This document shows positions 11,301 through 24,183 of a stretch of 64,000 nucleotides of DNA, piece after piece. The notes below the pieces were generated by a model that had not been told where the DNA came from, made no database searches, and worked only from the letters and a program-made list of their open reading frames with translations. Every line of letters starts with the position of its first letter. The stretch's first letter is position 1. A program made the position numbers and the translations under genes. The DNA comes from Orbicella franksi (taxonomy: Eukaryota): contig OZ116699.1 of NCBI GenBank assembly GCA_964199315.1, forward strand, positions 32,674,001 through 32,738,000, written 5' to 3'.

Positions 11301-14300
11301 CAGATGTGAAAGCTCTGCAATATGTTCTTACAAAAAAGGGCTGAATTAATTTCTCTCGCAATTCTCCATGCAAAAGTTCGCGACAAAATTGCAATTCTCC
11401 CAATCAGCTATCGTTATTTGCACGAAAAATGCAGCACCAAAATAACGAAACTGAAGGGGTAATTCAAGGTTATCCAGTTAGAGTTGAAACGATAAAAAAA
11501 AACAGCCGTGGACCCACTAAGAACGTTCCAAATGCTCTCAAAAGGAAGTGACGGAAAAAGATTAAAACGCCAGTGAGGCAGATACAAGTGTTTTATGTCC
11601 GCACTTTTACAAACATAAGTAACCTTTTCTAGTTTTGTCCATCTGTACATCATCAGTTCGAGTGTTTCATCCTGGTAAAGAAATGGATCTGTGTCAAACG
11701 AACAAGAGAGAGAAAATGGGTTAATCAACCTGAAAGTTGGGAAACGAACATTTCACGTTCACGATGATCTAATAAAATGCTCTGCTTTGGCAAATCAACC
11801 TGATGATAGACCTGTGTTTGTCCATCTTGCAAGTGTTACAGTTGAAGCAATTTCACTTCTTTTTACTAGAAACGAAGACGCTGCAAAGTAGGTAGCATCC
11901 TACCTCTTGGGTCATACACTTTCTGAGCAATCATCTCTTTCAGATGTCCCGTAAGAGCCTGCATTAGGTTATAGATCTTCTCACACATTTTGTAGGGGTT
12001 CTTTACAAACTTCATGGCATTGATCACTGAGTGACACCTGGTTGGCGCAAGCTAGTTAAAATAAATGACAAAATAATTGGTCTGTTACATGTGATTATCC
12101 GGGTAACAAGGCCGTAGCCATAAACAATTATGACTGAGGTTAAATTCTCTTCTTAGGTATTTAACAGTGTTTACCTTGCCCCCTTCAAAACGAAAACCAA
12201 CAAAAACGAAAAAAATTACTGAGGCAAGTGCCTTGGTTTGCTGCATACCGGGTAAGGCCCTGGGTTATTGATGTTGAGAATGGCAGTTACTGATGACCGA
12301 CCGTTAAAGTCTGTATTAGAGCCTAGTGGCCCATGAGATTGGTATCTAGCTGCGGTTTCTTTAGCATGTGTTTTCCTGAAGCGCTAACAAGTCTATACAC
12401 CTGGGTTGAGGAAGGCACCGTGAAGGTGTATTGTCCAAGAACAAGACACAATGACTCAAGTTAGGGCATGAACTCTGACCGCTTTATAAAGCGTATGCTC
12501 ACTAGCTATCATGCCAGCATGTGCCACTGACGTTTGAACAAACTGATTAATACTACGCAGACTGTCAAAGCCTCAGACTCCAGCACCAATGTTGTTACTC
12601 CTAGCTTCAAAACATGGGGCTAAAGATTATTTTTTCTACTTCTTCTTTACACTTCTCGGTTCCTTGCGGAACATAAGTCCGACCGCATCGCGATTATGCT
12701 TATCAGCTCAACGTGGTAATTGCGCACGGGTGTAACAAAGGGATAGGTGTCTGCTATAATTAAGTATAGCTAACTAATAAATTATAATTAATATATTTAA
12801 TTAACTAATTAATTATAATTATATATTAGCTTTTAATTCATAGTCAGCAAGACCCCGTTGATAACAGTACTTTGTACTGAAGGGTTATCCTGGGTAAATT
12901 ATTATTATTAGAGGCCTGCAACAGTATTTTATCACTGCCATGTCATGGAAATGTAGCATTTGGATTTGGGTTATTACTCTTCCCAGTAGACTGCGACACC
13001 CACAAATGTTTTTGTCGCCTTCAGAGTAACGTTTTTGATGCTTCAATTATGTTGTACAACTGAAACAAACTGTTTGGTTTGACATCCTCTCGCGGCATTA
13101 AAAACGTTACTCTGAAAGCAGAAAAGAGATGGCCATGTGCCTAGTGGAAAGAAGCCTGGGAAGATGAACATGTACTATCGATGGAAATGATGCACAAATT
13201 AAAATATCTTGAATATGAAACATTTTATACAAAAGAGGAAAAACATTCACAACCTTGGCAAAATCTGCTTCCTTGAAATCTTCATTAGAATGAAGCATTT
13301 TATGTAATCTGTGCTTCACCCTGCAAAGGAAAAGTAGCTACTGTACCAGAGAATACTATCACTTGAGCCAACTAGAAGATTATAGCGCAACATCACTGAT
13401 GATCAAACCCGATCCAGCTCTTGTGAGGTGTATTAAGACTAGAAAGTTCGACAGGTCCTTCCTCCATACCTCCATGTCCGTTTGTGACTTATCCATTTCA
13501 CAAATAAAAACAACGATGATAACGACTGAATTGTGCACTAAGGTGTGAATTCCTCATCAGATACAATTACTGTTAACTATTGAAATAAACGAGTACTCGG
13601 TATCACCACGATGAACGATAAAAGACAATTCTGTCTCTCCTGTGCTGTAAAGTTCTGACTCTGCTTTCATAGACTCCCAAGCTAAAGAGCAACAATAATA
13701 ACATTTAATAACGCCAGAGATTCAATTTGAAAGTTTTAGTACTTGACAATGATGGCGTTATCGTTATATCCGCAATTGCAGTCATGCACAGGGACTTACT
13801 TTCCCAGTATCTTTGCGGCATCATCAGGGGTGTCAAGCATCTCTGTAGTATTCTTATCACTACGCACAAGATGTACAAGAACAGGCGCTAGTTCACCTTC
13901 AAGAGCAAGAAAACCCTAAAAGCAACAAATCAATTATGTTAGCAAGACATAGGCCCAAATCTCCAAGCATTGTAAGACTGTAAAAACGTGTCTCCTTTTC
14001 TGATACGAACAATGATTAGATGACTTTTTTACCCTCATCTCTATGGTTGAAATACACCGAAAGTGAAGTTAGACATTAATCATCTTAAGCAGTTCAATGG
14101 GTCAGCTAAAATACTACATGTACTTTAGCAATCTGCCCGAGCCACAGCCTGCATGTGAACGTGCAGGACTTGAGTTCAAGACTTAAGAGCAACAAATAAA
14201 CTGATGCATATATTGAACTTTCACACTATAACATGGTGAGTGATGCTATCACAAAAATTTTAATTTTTCGAAAATCCACTGTATTTCATTACAATACATC

Positions 14301-17300
14301 TCTTAACTAAATGCCCCTTCAGTGCCATAAATTATGTACCTTTGCAAAAGCTGCAGCTGTCATTTGCACTCGTCCCTCATCGGATGCATAAATCTTCAAA
14401 TCATGTCTGTAAGTACTGTGAAGTCGCAACAGACCACAATCCGACAGCTTAGAGTATTGTCCTTGGCCACCAGGATACATACACCTATTTAAGACCAGTA
14501 CATTGTAGATAAAATCGTTGCAAGCTGTGGTAAAATTGTTCTAAGTTGTGATAAAATTGTAGAAGCATATATCTACACTTGTCTGACAAGCTTAAAACCA
14601 GATGTGGCGATTTTAGAAAATACACCATGTGTTCATGTTCCTGGACGAAACAGATGACACTTAAAAAACAATTATAGAAGTTTGCTGAACTTTATTTTAA
14701 CAACCTCATCAAAAACCATTCCAAATTTGACAGACGCGGTGAGCGGTTTGAACACTGGCAGGACACTCCATTAAGGCGTATTTTCTTGAACAGCAAAACT
14801 ATTTTTTTTTATTTCCTATTCTCGCCGAGCGCCTTTGTGTTGCACACAGAGAGCGAAATAAAATGGCACTGCGTTGCAGGCTCCTATTTTAACCGAAGAT
14901 AACTTCGATGAAGGATACATAAGAACGGCAGGAATTATAAACTAAAAGAGCACGGGATCAAAATCTTTGCATTTCGAAGGCTTTACCTCAGTTTCTACTC
15001 AATTAAAATACGCAGTTGTCATAAGAAGACGGAAGAGCAGACTAATAAATTTCGTTAATACCTAAAAGCACGACCCAGCTCTAAAGCCTGCTCCTTTCCC
15101 ATCATGGTTAGTTCTCCACCCCATTTCACAATTAACAGCAAAGAATGTTCCTTGTCAACAGGAACCTCCAGTTTGTCTTCACTTCCTTTCTGATCAGCCT
15201 CCTCAGTCAGGCTTGATTCTTTACTGGTTGCACTTGTTCTTTCTCCGCTTTCCTTTCTTTCCCCCTCATTTTCTCCTTTAATTTCAACATTTCTGTCACT
15301 GTGCTCACTGTCAGTTCCCTCTCGAGGTTTTCCCTTTCCAAGATACTTGAATTGGATTTTTCGGTTAATACCAGAGAAATGACCATACCTTGGAGAGACA
15401 CGAGGAAATAAACTGATGATGTGCATTTAAGCAGCATTTATCACGGTGTGTAAGATCAAAGTTGAAGTCAAGGTTTAGATTCAGTGCTCCGAGTCAAAAA
15501 TACTCCCAGACTACTAGGGTTTTTAAGAGCTTTAATTTTTCTTTTCCAAAACATACGAGAATTGAGAATTTTTCAGGTTGTGAAGTGGCTGGATCTAGTT
15601 GCCTATGCAGGAAAAAAACCTAAGCCGATCTCTTAGAGTCCTTTGCGGGTCACAAGTAATACAGAATTTTCTGAAGAGAGAAAGATATGGTCTTACATTT
15701 CCAACACAGTTCTGAGCTGATGGATCTTGTTAGGCTTTTCAAAAACTGGCTTCCCCTCCTTTATGTCAGTCAGCAAATCTCTGGCGATATTCAACACCTC
15801 TTGCAACTGAGTTGGCTTCTTGAGTTTAAGCTTCTGATCTTCAAAGCCGTGGTACTTCCTAAACAGTTCAATAAATCTGCCAGTAGAAATAAGCAATACG
15901 TTATAGCATTGTGTAAGTAAATACATGGTTAAACACACGTCATACACTTCGAGACAAGAGACCCTGGAACACTTCACAGAAAAGATAATTGCTTCATGTT
16001 CCAACACTATTATTTCATCGGGTAGATTTTCACGAAAAGGGACTTATAATTCCAAAAACCATATCAGTTTGTAAAAAGTTAAAAATTTGAAACATTTTGT
16101 GTTTTCAGGCTTTCAATTTCAATTAAGCGCCAAAAGTGGGTCATCCGCGACCGGCAACTCACTTGTAGTTGGTAGAGTGTCGCCAGGTAGGAAAATAGTT
16201 GTGTTATTTTGAACAAAATGCGTGGTTCCTCGTGAAATTAAGGCGGCTCCCGATCGCACGCGCGCATAGGACGAAAGCTCAAGTAATCTGCGCGCGCTCT
16301 AAGGAAGACTTCAGTGTTTTTCGATATTTTATTACGTCAACATGAGCACAACAAGCAAAACTGACAGTGAAAATTTTCTCGCGTTTCCTTCGGTGAAATT
16401 CCGTAAAACTTGGCAGACTGGTGGTAAATGTTTTACATAAGTCGCAGCTCGTTTTTCAGAGAAATCTATAAGACCAGTTTTTTCGCAGCGGTATAAGCCG
16501 TAAATTTGCAAAATTTGAAAAACCTGCCTTTACAAACCCTACTCTTTTCGTCTTTAAAATTCGTATCCCGCGGGAAGCGTTATGCTGTGAAAATTTGCGA
16601 AGATTTCACCGAAGGAAATTCAAGAAAATCGCAAGTAAAGCCATAAAAAAGTAAAAAACATATTTGTTTGGGCATTTATAATTCAAGACTAAAACCAACA
16701 ATTTTAAGAGAGATAATAGCAAAACACTATTTAATCATTGCTTATTACATGTAATTAGTTTGAGAGGACTGGGTGTAAAAACGAATGCAAAAACGGCATT
16801 CAAAACATAATACTTGCGCGCGTAACGCCATAAATGATTACCTTATGGAGCCACCTTAAGCCCAGACTTCTCGAGTAAAGTAACAGGAGACCAACGCAAC
16901 TTCAGCATTGTCTTTATTTTTGTTTGTTGCGAAGGAAAAGACTATTACCGTGTTGTTCCAGTAGGACGGTTTGGTTTTGACTGGCGTTCCTACTGCGGGC
17001 ACAGTCACCGTATGCAAGGTCACAGCCACCTTAAACTTTTCGAAAATTAAGGTGACTCTCAACCCTACCCAACGGTTTTTTTTTTAAACTTTACCAAAAG
17101 TTGTATCTTCTCATACTTATCAGAATTTGATAATAACAAAAGGTTTCACTACTCCTTGTTCTCGTCATGAACTATATTTAATATGTCTGAGAGCATTCAT
17201 CCAAAGCATCGAAAAGTATTGTCAATGTTGTTTTCACATTGTATGGTGATGATGGATTATTGTTACACCTCTACTTTCAAATAGCCCATGGATTCCCCAT

Positions 17301-20300
17301 GGCTGTTCGTAGGTAACAAAGGAACTACTCTTCGGTTCTGTGTTGATTACACAAACCTTAATGCCGTGAGTAAAACATTTAAAGTTCCCTCTTTATTCCG
17401 CGTATCGATGACACTACGTGTTGATTATAACCATGTTCATCATAAACGCAGCAGGAGCGAAATCTGTTTATTATAATTGACGTGTCGTGAATAACATGGT
17501 TGTCTGCCAAAACTTCCCAAGAGGAATCAGAACATTGGAGGTGGTATTCTCTAAATGATCCAGCTGGAATTCAGTCGGATACTACGTAACTGTGCCCCAT
17601 TGGGGCATTCAGTGTATTGCCCATGTTTTGTGTAGACGACAGAACTGTTTGAAGGAAAGTCCCTCTTACCTTGGATGCCGGACTTCCATTTTCATTTTCT
17701 GTTTTGGAGTTCGGTCACCATGTCTGATGATGCCAACCACACACCTTAGCTCCAGCCTGGTACCTCCCAGAGCTTTAACAGCAGGAATTTCCTCTTGCAC
17801 ATCTAGATTGTATGGTTTGTACAACTGAGGAGCTAGTTCTTGTACAATAAGGCTCATTAACACTTGTGCAGCATCATCATAGTACTTCTTAGAGTTCTTG
17901 ACAAAGCTAAAGCCATTGACATCGCAAATATATGACTTCCCATGGGTGCGGAGCAAGTCACAACCACAAACTGTTTGCTACGAGGAAAAACAAAACGACA
18001 AAGTTGCAAAGAAACTGCGGTTCATTACAAATTGATACTGTGCCAGTGATTATTATACTTCCTGTCACTGAGTTCATTCTGAGATCTTGATAGTACATGA
18101 TATATTATTTCTAGGTTTGCTTATTCTTTCTTCTTGCGAACTGTCTGCTTGAAAATGCAGTTATATTGTGAGAAGAAAGCTAATTAATGACGAGTAAATA
18201 AAACAAGAAGCAGAAGAGAAAGTGAATGGGCACAGTTTCCTAAAAATTAGCAACGAGACCGTAATACTTTAAAGTTTTTTCTTTGACTTAACAGGCATAT
18301 TTTCCTACACGAAAGGTAAATGGGAATCCGAAAGGTAATAACGATTCTTCCAACTTGGTTTGTGGGTTTGTTATCAAAACGTAAAGAAAATTCAGAAACT
18401 ATCATTATAAAAAGGGTTAATAGGAATACAGGGTCAAAAGGAAGTTAATCCCAGAGCCACATTGTCTACCAAAGATTAAACATAAAGTTTGATATGCCTT
18501 ATACCTTGAACAGTTTGCAAACTTTATGGGCCATTTCTTTCTCTTGCTGATCAAGAATAATTGGGTATCGTATCTCCTTCCCTTGGCTGTCCCTTTCAAC
18601 TTTTCCATCCAGTGAAGGAGACTTGCGTGCTTCAGCATGGGCATATTCTGGGCCCACGGTGTACACCTTGAATTGAAATAATGTTAATAATTACAATCAC
18701 AAGTTAAGAAAATCACCTGGAATTAATTGCATACTTTAGTGGGTATATCAACATGCCCGGTATGACGTTGTCATTACACCCCTACACATTACTCTATTGC
18801 CAATTTTCATTTAAGGTTGCCTGGAAGTGAAACTGGTCATTGTGGTTGCTTTCGAAAATGCATCAAAATTAGAAAAGTCCCAAAGAGAGCTTAAAAAGCT
18901 ATAAATATTTTGTGGAAGTTGCGGGGGTGGAATCAGGGATCATCCAAGACGGCTTCTGGCTGTGGCATCATCATAGATCTCCAAAACTCCACGAGGATTC
19001 TGTTTGTTTAGCTGGTTTTTGGAAGTGATCATAACAGTAACCAATCTTTATTTCCAGAAACACCACTTCTTGCTTGAAGCTCTTTTTGAAACTAGTGCAC
19101 AAAAGGATAAAATGTGTGTTCCAACCACCAGCCATCAACATGAATGTCATGATACATCAATTAGTTGTTGCGGTGAAAAGAAATTACAGTCTAAAGGTCA
19201 CATTTAGACCACACAATATCCAGGAATATGCTGACAGAGTACTTCCTTCCATCTTCAGAACACTTTACTTTCCATATGACAGAAAAAGCACTCATTACTG
19301 CATAAATCTACTCAAACGTGACAGGCCAAGACAACGATAACAAGCACTTCAATAGTCATAGCACAACAGGAAGATTATCACCAATCTATTTATGAAAAGA
19401 AGACGCACAAAAGTACTCGGTCTTTTGTAAAAGAGGTGGCTATCACACCGCCACAACCATCTCGGAAGGGATGCAACAACCACCTGACTTGCTGTCATCA
19501 TGAGCATCATTCGTTGTTGTGAAAGACCAGCTTTACGATTGGAATATTTGGTAATTACCGGAAATGAGAGTGATAGAAATGAAACCGTTTTTAAGTACAC
19601 TGAGCAGTCAAACTAGAAATATATCTTTCAGGGCCAAATTGCCACGTTTTAACACTATCAATGGTGCTTCGATTTATTTTAAGGATTAAGTTAAGAGAAA
19701 AAAACAGCCGTGATATAAAATGCTTATCTTCGACGACTACTTCACAGATTACGTTTTGCGCATTGGATTTCAGTTCAAGGTTCTACCTCACGGTTTGCCC
19801 ATCTTGAAAAGCTTAGCCTAAATTTTTCAAGTTCGTTCTTTGAAATCCATGTTAATCTCCTTCATCCTTAACCATTCTTCTTCCTCTATGGTTTATTACT
19901 ATTTCTTTTGATAATACTATTTTCGGGTTTCCTTCAATTAACAGGTCAATTTGGATGTGGCCAAAATAGCTCAAAATACCGTGAATGAGCTCCTTTGAGA
20001 GTTCGTCTCCACATTCACATGCCAAAGGACAGACCAGACAGTGTGGCATACAACTTACAAAAGAATGTCTTCCTTCGCCAGATTACATTGATGCTTGACC
20101 AACAATACCTGATGATTCTGACCTTAGAACATAAGTTGAAATTCATCAGAGGCATGGTTAACAAATGACATGCAGATTTGACTAGATGCAGATTTGACTT
20201 TTCTAAGCCACCAGCACCAACCCTGAAAATTAAAACGCATGCGGATGAGCTCGAGGGCAACCCATCAAGGTTTTATACTACAAAACATGCCCGGCCCCTT

Positions 20301-23300
20301 CATTAAGATGAGTGACGTGTGTGGTGCAAATGCAGGGCAACTTAATTAGCATTTACGTGTAATATGTTTTTAAAGTACTGGGCAAGGCACTAGTGATTTG
20401 GTCTTCCAAAACAATAACATTATTAAGGATGACGTTGCTGCGGGACTGAATGCCAACAAAATGTGAAATGGGCTTTCAAAAAGATCAAGGACTTCTTGCA
20501 GCTTCCCCCTTAATTTCAAGGCATGTTGCTGTGTTTTCTGATCGCTTCACTGACGACAATATTGGTTTCAACATAGGTTTCACACAAGATTGCAAAACAT
20601 ACAAGAGGTACGTCTACTCTATTAAAGCCACGTACTGGAGGATGCAGTCAGGTAAGTTGGGCCACAACTTCCTTGGAACTAATAAACAAAAGCGCTAGGG
20701 TGAATGTTTTTTCAGCACTGTGTCACAATGATATGAAAAGCCATCAGAAAGATTTTGGGTCATTTTCTAGTGCCTTTTGATGGCAACAACAACAAGAGAC
20801 ACAGCATCAATGAATGTCGGAAACGAGATAGAACACGCAGTCTGTTGTTAAGTCGTACATGACTGGGAGCTCCAAAGAAGGGCCTCTGATGATCTTTCCC
20901 TTTTTGTGTGGCTCTTTCCGGTTTAAGTCTTGTCGTTCTGGCCTTCCAGCAGGTATCACGTTCACTTCCTGTTCTTTCGTCACTGAAAAAAACTTGTTCA
21001 ATGATCTTGTTCTTTCTTGTTTCCCTTTCAACAAATTAACTTTGAGACACTTTGCTATATTCATTGAGAAACATTGATATATGATTAAATATCCTATGCT
21101 TACAGTGGTCCTGTTTAACCTTGCTGGCTTTGCAAATCTTCAGAGGTATCTCTTCCTCTGTAGCCTTCTACAAAGAATTGCCCATGCCGGCCAGGAGTGA
21201 CTTAATGAATTTTAAACCAGTGTAATTTGTAACTTTGCAACTTGTAACCTCTTCTCAGCATCATAAATTACACAATTGTGCATCATGCAAAAGACACAAT
21301 GATATACTAATAAGCTAACTTTTGGAGGTATATTGCATCATCAAAAGTCATTATCAAGTAATTGTCTTAAATTGACTACTAAATTGTGACCGATAGATGT
21401 TTGGTAATTAAATAATGGTCAACTCTTGGTTTACCTTCACATCTGTCCCATCAGTAACTACAAAGTCTTCATAGATGTATGACCCTTCTTTCCTCACAGA
21501 GCTTACAGGCGAGTACACACTACTTCTGTCTCCAACCTTTCTGAACAATCTCTGGCTCCCACCACCAGCTGCCGAGGGGAAATAGATATATACATTATGG
21601 TCTTCTGCATCCACTGGCTTCTCAACAAAGGGTTTTTGGAACACCTTATCACCAATCTGCACTGAATCATCTAGTTCAACAAATTTTGTGTCAATGGGAT
21701 TTCCATTCTCATCTCGTAGCAATATTGCATGCCTAGGTGTTTCTATTCCAGCAATCTCCAGGATACTGTACATTGTTGGTCTAAAAAGAAGGAGTGAACA
21801 GTAGTGTTGATCAGTGCATGTCACATTACCATCCACATTCATATGCAAGTTCGTTTGAGCACTTTTATCCTAGCCTGTCAGATGAAATAAGTAAGATGGT
21901 ATCTGATCCAAGTTATTTGTTGGGTGTGTAACATCATATTCAACAAAAGTAACTAAGTATATAAACACACATTATATAAAGACCAAAAAATTATTTACAT
22001 GCCAAAGACAACATCATAATTTTGTGCTAATACAACAGAGAGTGATTCCTTAACATCCTTTCAACTACAGTATTAATAGTACCAGTCTTAAAATTGATGG
22101 GACTGAGTGTCATAATACAAATGTACAAACCTGTGCATTAACGCATACTGCATCTCCAGATCATTCAGAACAAAAGGGTTTGTAAGTTTGGCATACTCAA
22201 TAGCTTTTTCAAGAGGAAATCCATTTGAGTAAAATGAAATCAGGCAGTCACAGATTGGCCATTCTTCCACAGGAACATTCATGATGATGTCTTCAGGAAA
22301 CACAAAGATGTCAGCACAGTCAAACACAGACATCCGATTCAGAATCTCTTGCATTGGTGGAGAATTAGTCTTAAAAAGAAATTTGACAAAAAAATCACTA
22401 TTAACAAATCTTGAGACCATAACTGTTAATAATTTTATAACTTTCAGACACTTAATGATCATTTGTAACTGCAGGCTGTGAACAACTTAGAATGTACAGC
22501 AGCACGCATGTTAAGCTAGACTTACACGACCTATTGATGGCCATATTATCCATTGACTGTAAGTATTTCCTAAAATCTGTAGACAGGGATACAGGGAGGG
22601 AACATTGGATACATTGGATAGGGAGGACATGCATAGTAAGAGGAGAGGAAATCTGAGAGGGCAGGAAGTCAGATTTCCCAGGTCATGGGATCAACCTCAG
22701 AAAAATAGGGAAAAAGACTGAATGTAACTATTTTGCAAAAGGCGTGGGAGCTGCCACTAAGGAAGGGGCAGGAACCCGAGGTAAAAGTAAAGTAAAGTAA
22801 AGTAGAAAACTCAGAAACCCCTGCCCCTCCCACAGATATCTGAAAACTAGTAGTAATCAAAGATTAGAGCGGTGCATTCTCACACATACTTTGAATGTTT
22901 GGTCTACTCTGGTTTTGTTCAAATGGCTCCTTAGAAAACCAAGTTTGATTGAATGACAAATAATGATCTGCACATGAAGTTGAAGCCTACGGGTAAAAGT
23001 GTTTTTTAATTAATTAAGTATTAACTTGTACTGGACAAAATATTTTCCGGGAAAGGCATTTGAACTTTTGGCAACACTAATTAGAGTTCAATTTCAGATT
23101 AGCAACACTTGTAACAAATATTTCTTGAGAAAATAACGTTAATGACCAGACTCTGCAAGACAGCGTGTCGCCAAACGTTTTTAAATTTTGTGTTTGTATA
23201 AATTTGTTTGCATCGCTCAAATTTACATCTTGTTTTCACAAAGGAAAAAGATTAATTAACCATTCTGACTACAAAACATGGCCTTAATTGGCAGGTTAAT

Positions 23301-24183
23301 CAACACGGAAAGTTTGTTTTCTGACAACCAATTATGGCCACAAGGAATTTGTTGAGCTACAAACTGGAAAATTTATTTTCTGACCACAGATCTGACAGTC
23401 ATAATGGCCATTTGCCGAGCTACACGGAAGATTTGTTTTCTTACCACAACTCATGGCCATTTGCTATGGCCGAGGGTGCATGAATATGTGACTGCGTGCA
23501 TGTGCTCATGATCTAATTTGCTCCTGTTGTGGGGGGCCAGGGCCAAATCGGCAAACAAATCTGTCTGAAAATTTCCCAATACAAACTGGATTATGACTGC
23601 GTTACACTATGTGAACGCAATTTATAATATACTGCACATGTACCTGCAAACATTTTCAGAGTCAAAGGCATGAAATTTATAATCCTAGCCTGAGTATCAG
23701 GATTTTCAAAGATTACCCAAACTGAAAGATATCTGAAGTCATCTGCGAATTTCTGAGGATGTTTAAAAAATGTTGCAGAAGGCCTCAGAAATTTCCCTGT
23801 CAATTCCGAGTGGGAGGTACTCCCTTGTATGGGCTATATCAGTATGTGAGGCCCCAAAGGGTTTGGTTTGTTACCCATTATGGTCAGAAATAGGGTATTT
23901 CTTTTATTTGGCCAAGAGCTTGGTCCATAGTCATGAGTACACAAGACATCAAAGTTTTCAACATCAAGGCATGAGACTCACACCTAAGCTAAGGCATATA
24001 GAGATATGATGGCAGGTTTAGATTCACCTTTTTACTCATAGCACAGATGCCAATCCTGATCTTAGGGATTTCATCTTCGTCATCTTCATCTTCATCATAG
24101 TCCTCATCCTCGTCATTATGTCCATTGAAAGGTGTTGGGTAATCACCCACTTGGTCAAACAATTCAAGGTGAGTCAGAGACAT
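5341..24183 (-). CDS. PPIP5K: Inositol hexakisphosphate and diphosphoinositol-pentakisphosphate kinase (PPIP5K/VIP1), ~1365 aa, 20 coding exons
   Basis: Exons 24028-24183, 22131-22369, 21435-21780, 18505-18666, 17670-17977, 15697-15876, 15062-15388, 14340-14484, 13800-13915, 13254-13320, 11904-12051, 11624-11688, 11145-11230, 10621-10693, 9781-9908, 9192-9306, 7953-8940, 7076-7177, 6015-6143, 5341-5558. All GT-AG with matching phases, total 4098 nt. ATP-grasp kinase motifs ([54 protein letters not shown]). Histidine acid phosphatase-like [34 protein letters not shown], and C-terminal PLRTLHNA. The two small exons at 7076-7177 and 6015-6143 are less certain. Confidence 0.95.
12310..12530 (-). 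mobile_element. Degenerate copy of the tRNA-derived SINE family found at 38320 and 44703
   Basis: Recognisable remnants (TATACACCTGGGT.GAG...GGCAC.GTGA, TGTCCAAGAACA, GAGCC.AGTGGCCCAT) collinear with the SINE core. Confidence 0.6.
16242..16855. mobile_element. 614-bp non-autonomous DNA transposon with TTAA target duplication (Kolobok-like); sister copy at 57212-57814
   Basis: TTAA|GGCGGCTCC ... GGAGCCACC|TTAA. The internal sequence is collinear and highly similar to 57212-57814. Confidence 0.9.
17288..17425 (+). pseudogene. Decayed Ty3/Gypsy reverse transcriptase fragment in PPIP5K intron 5
   Basis: [21 protein letters not shown], then after a frameshift RIDDT. Matches the Gypsy RT consensus SPxxxVxKKDGxLRFCVDYRxLNxxT...PLPRIDDxL. 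Confidence 0.7.
23265..23465. repeat. Degenerate ~55-bp tandem repeat (~4 units)
   Basis: Recurrent TTTGTTTTCT.AC...ATGGCC and GAGCTACA motifs. Confidence 0.5.
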
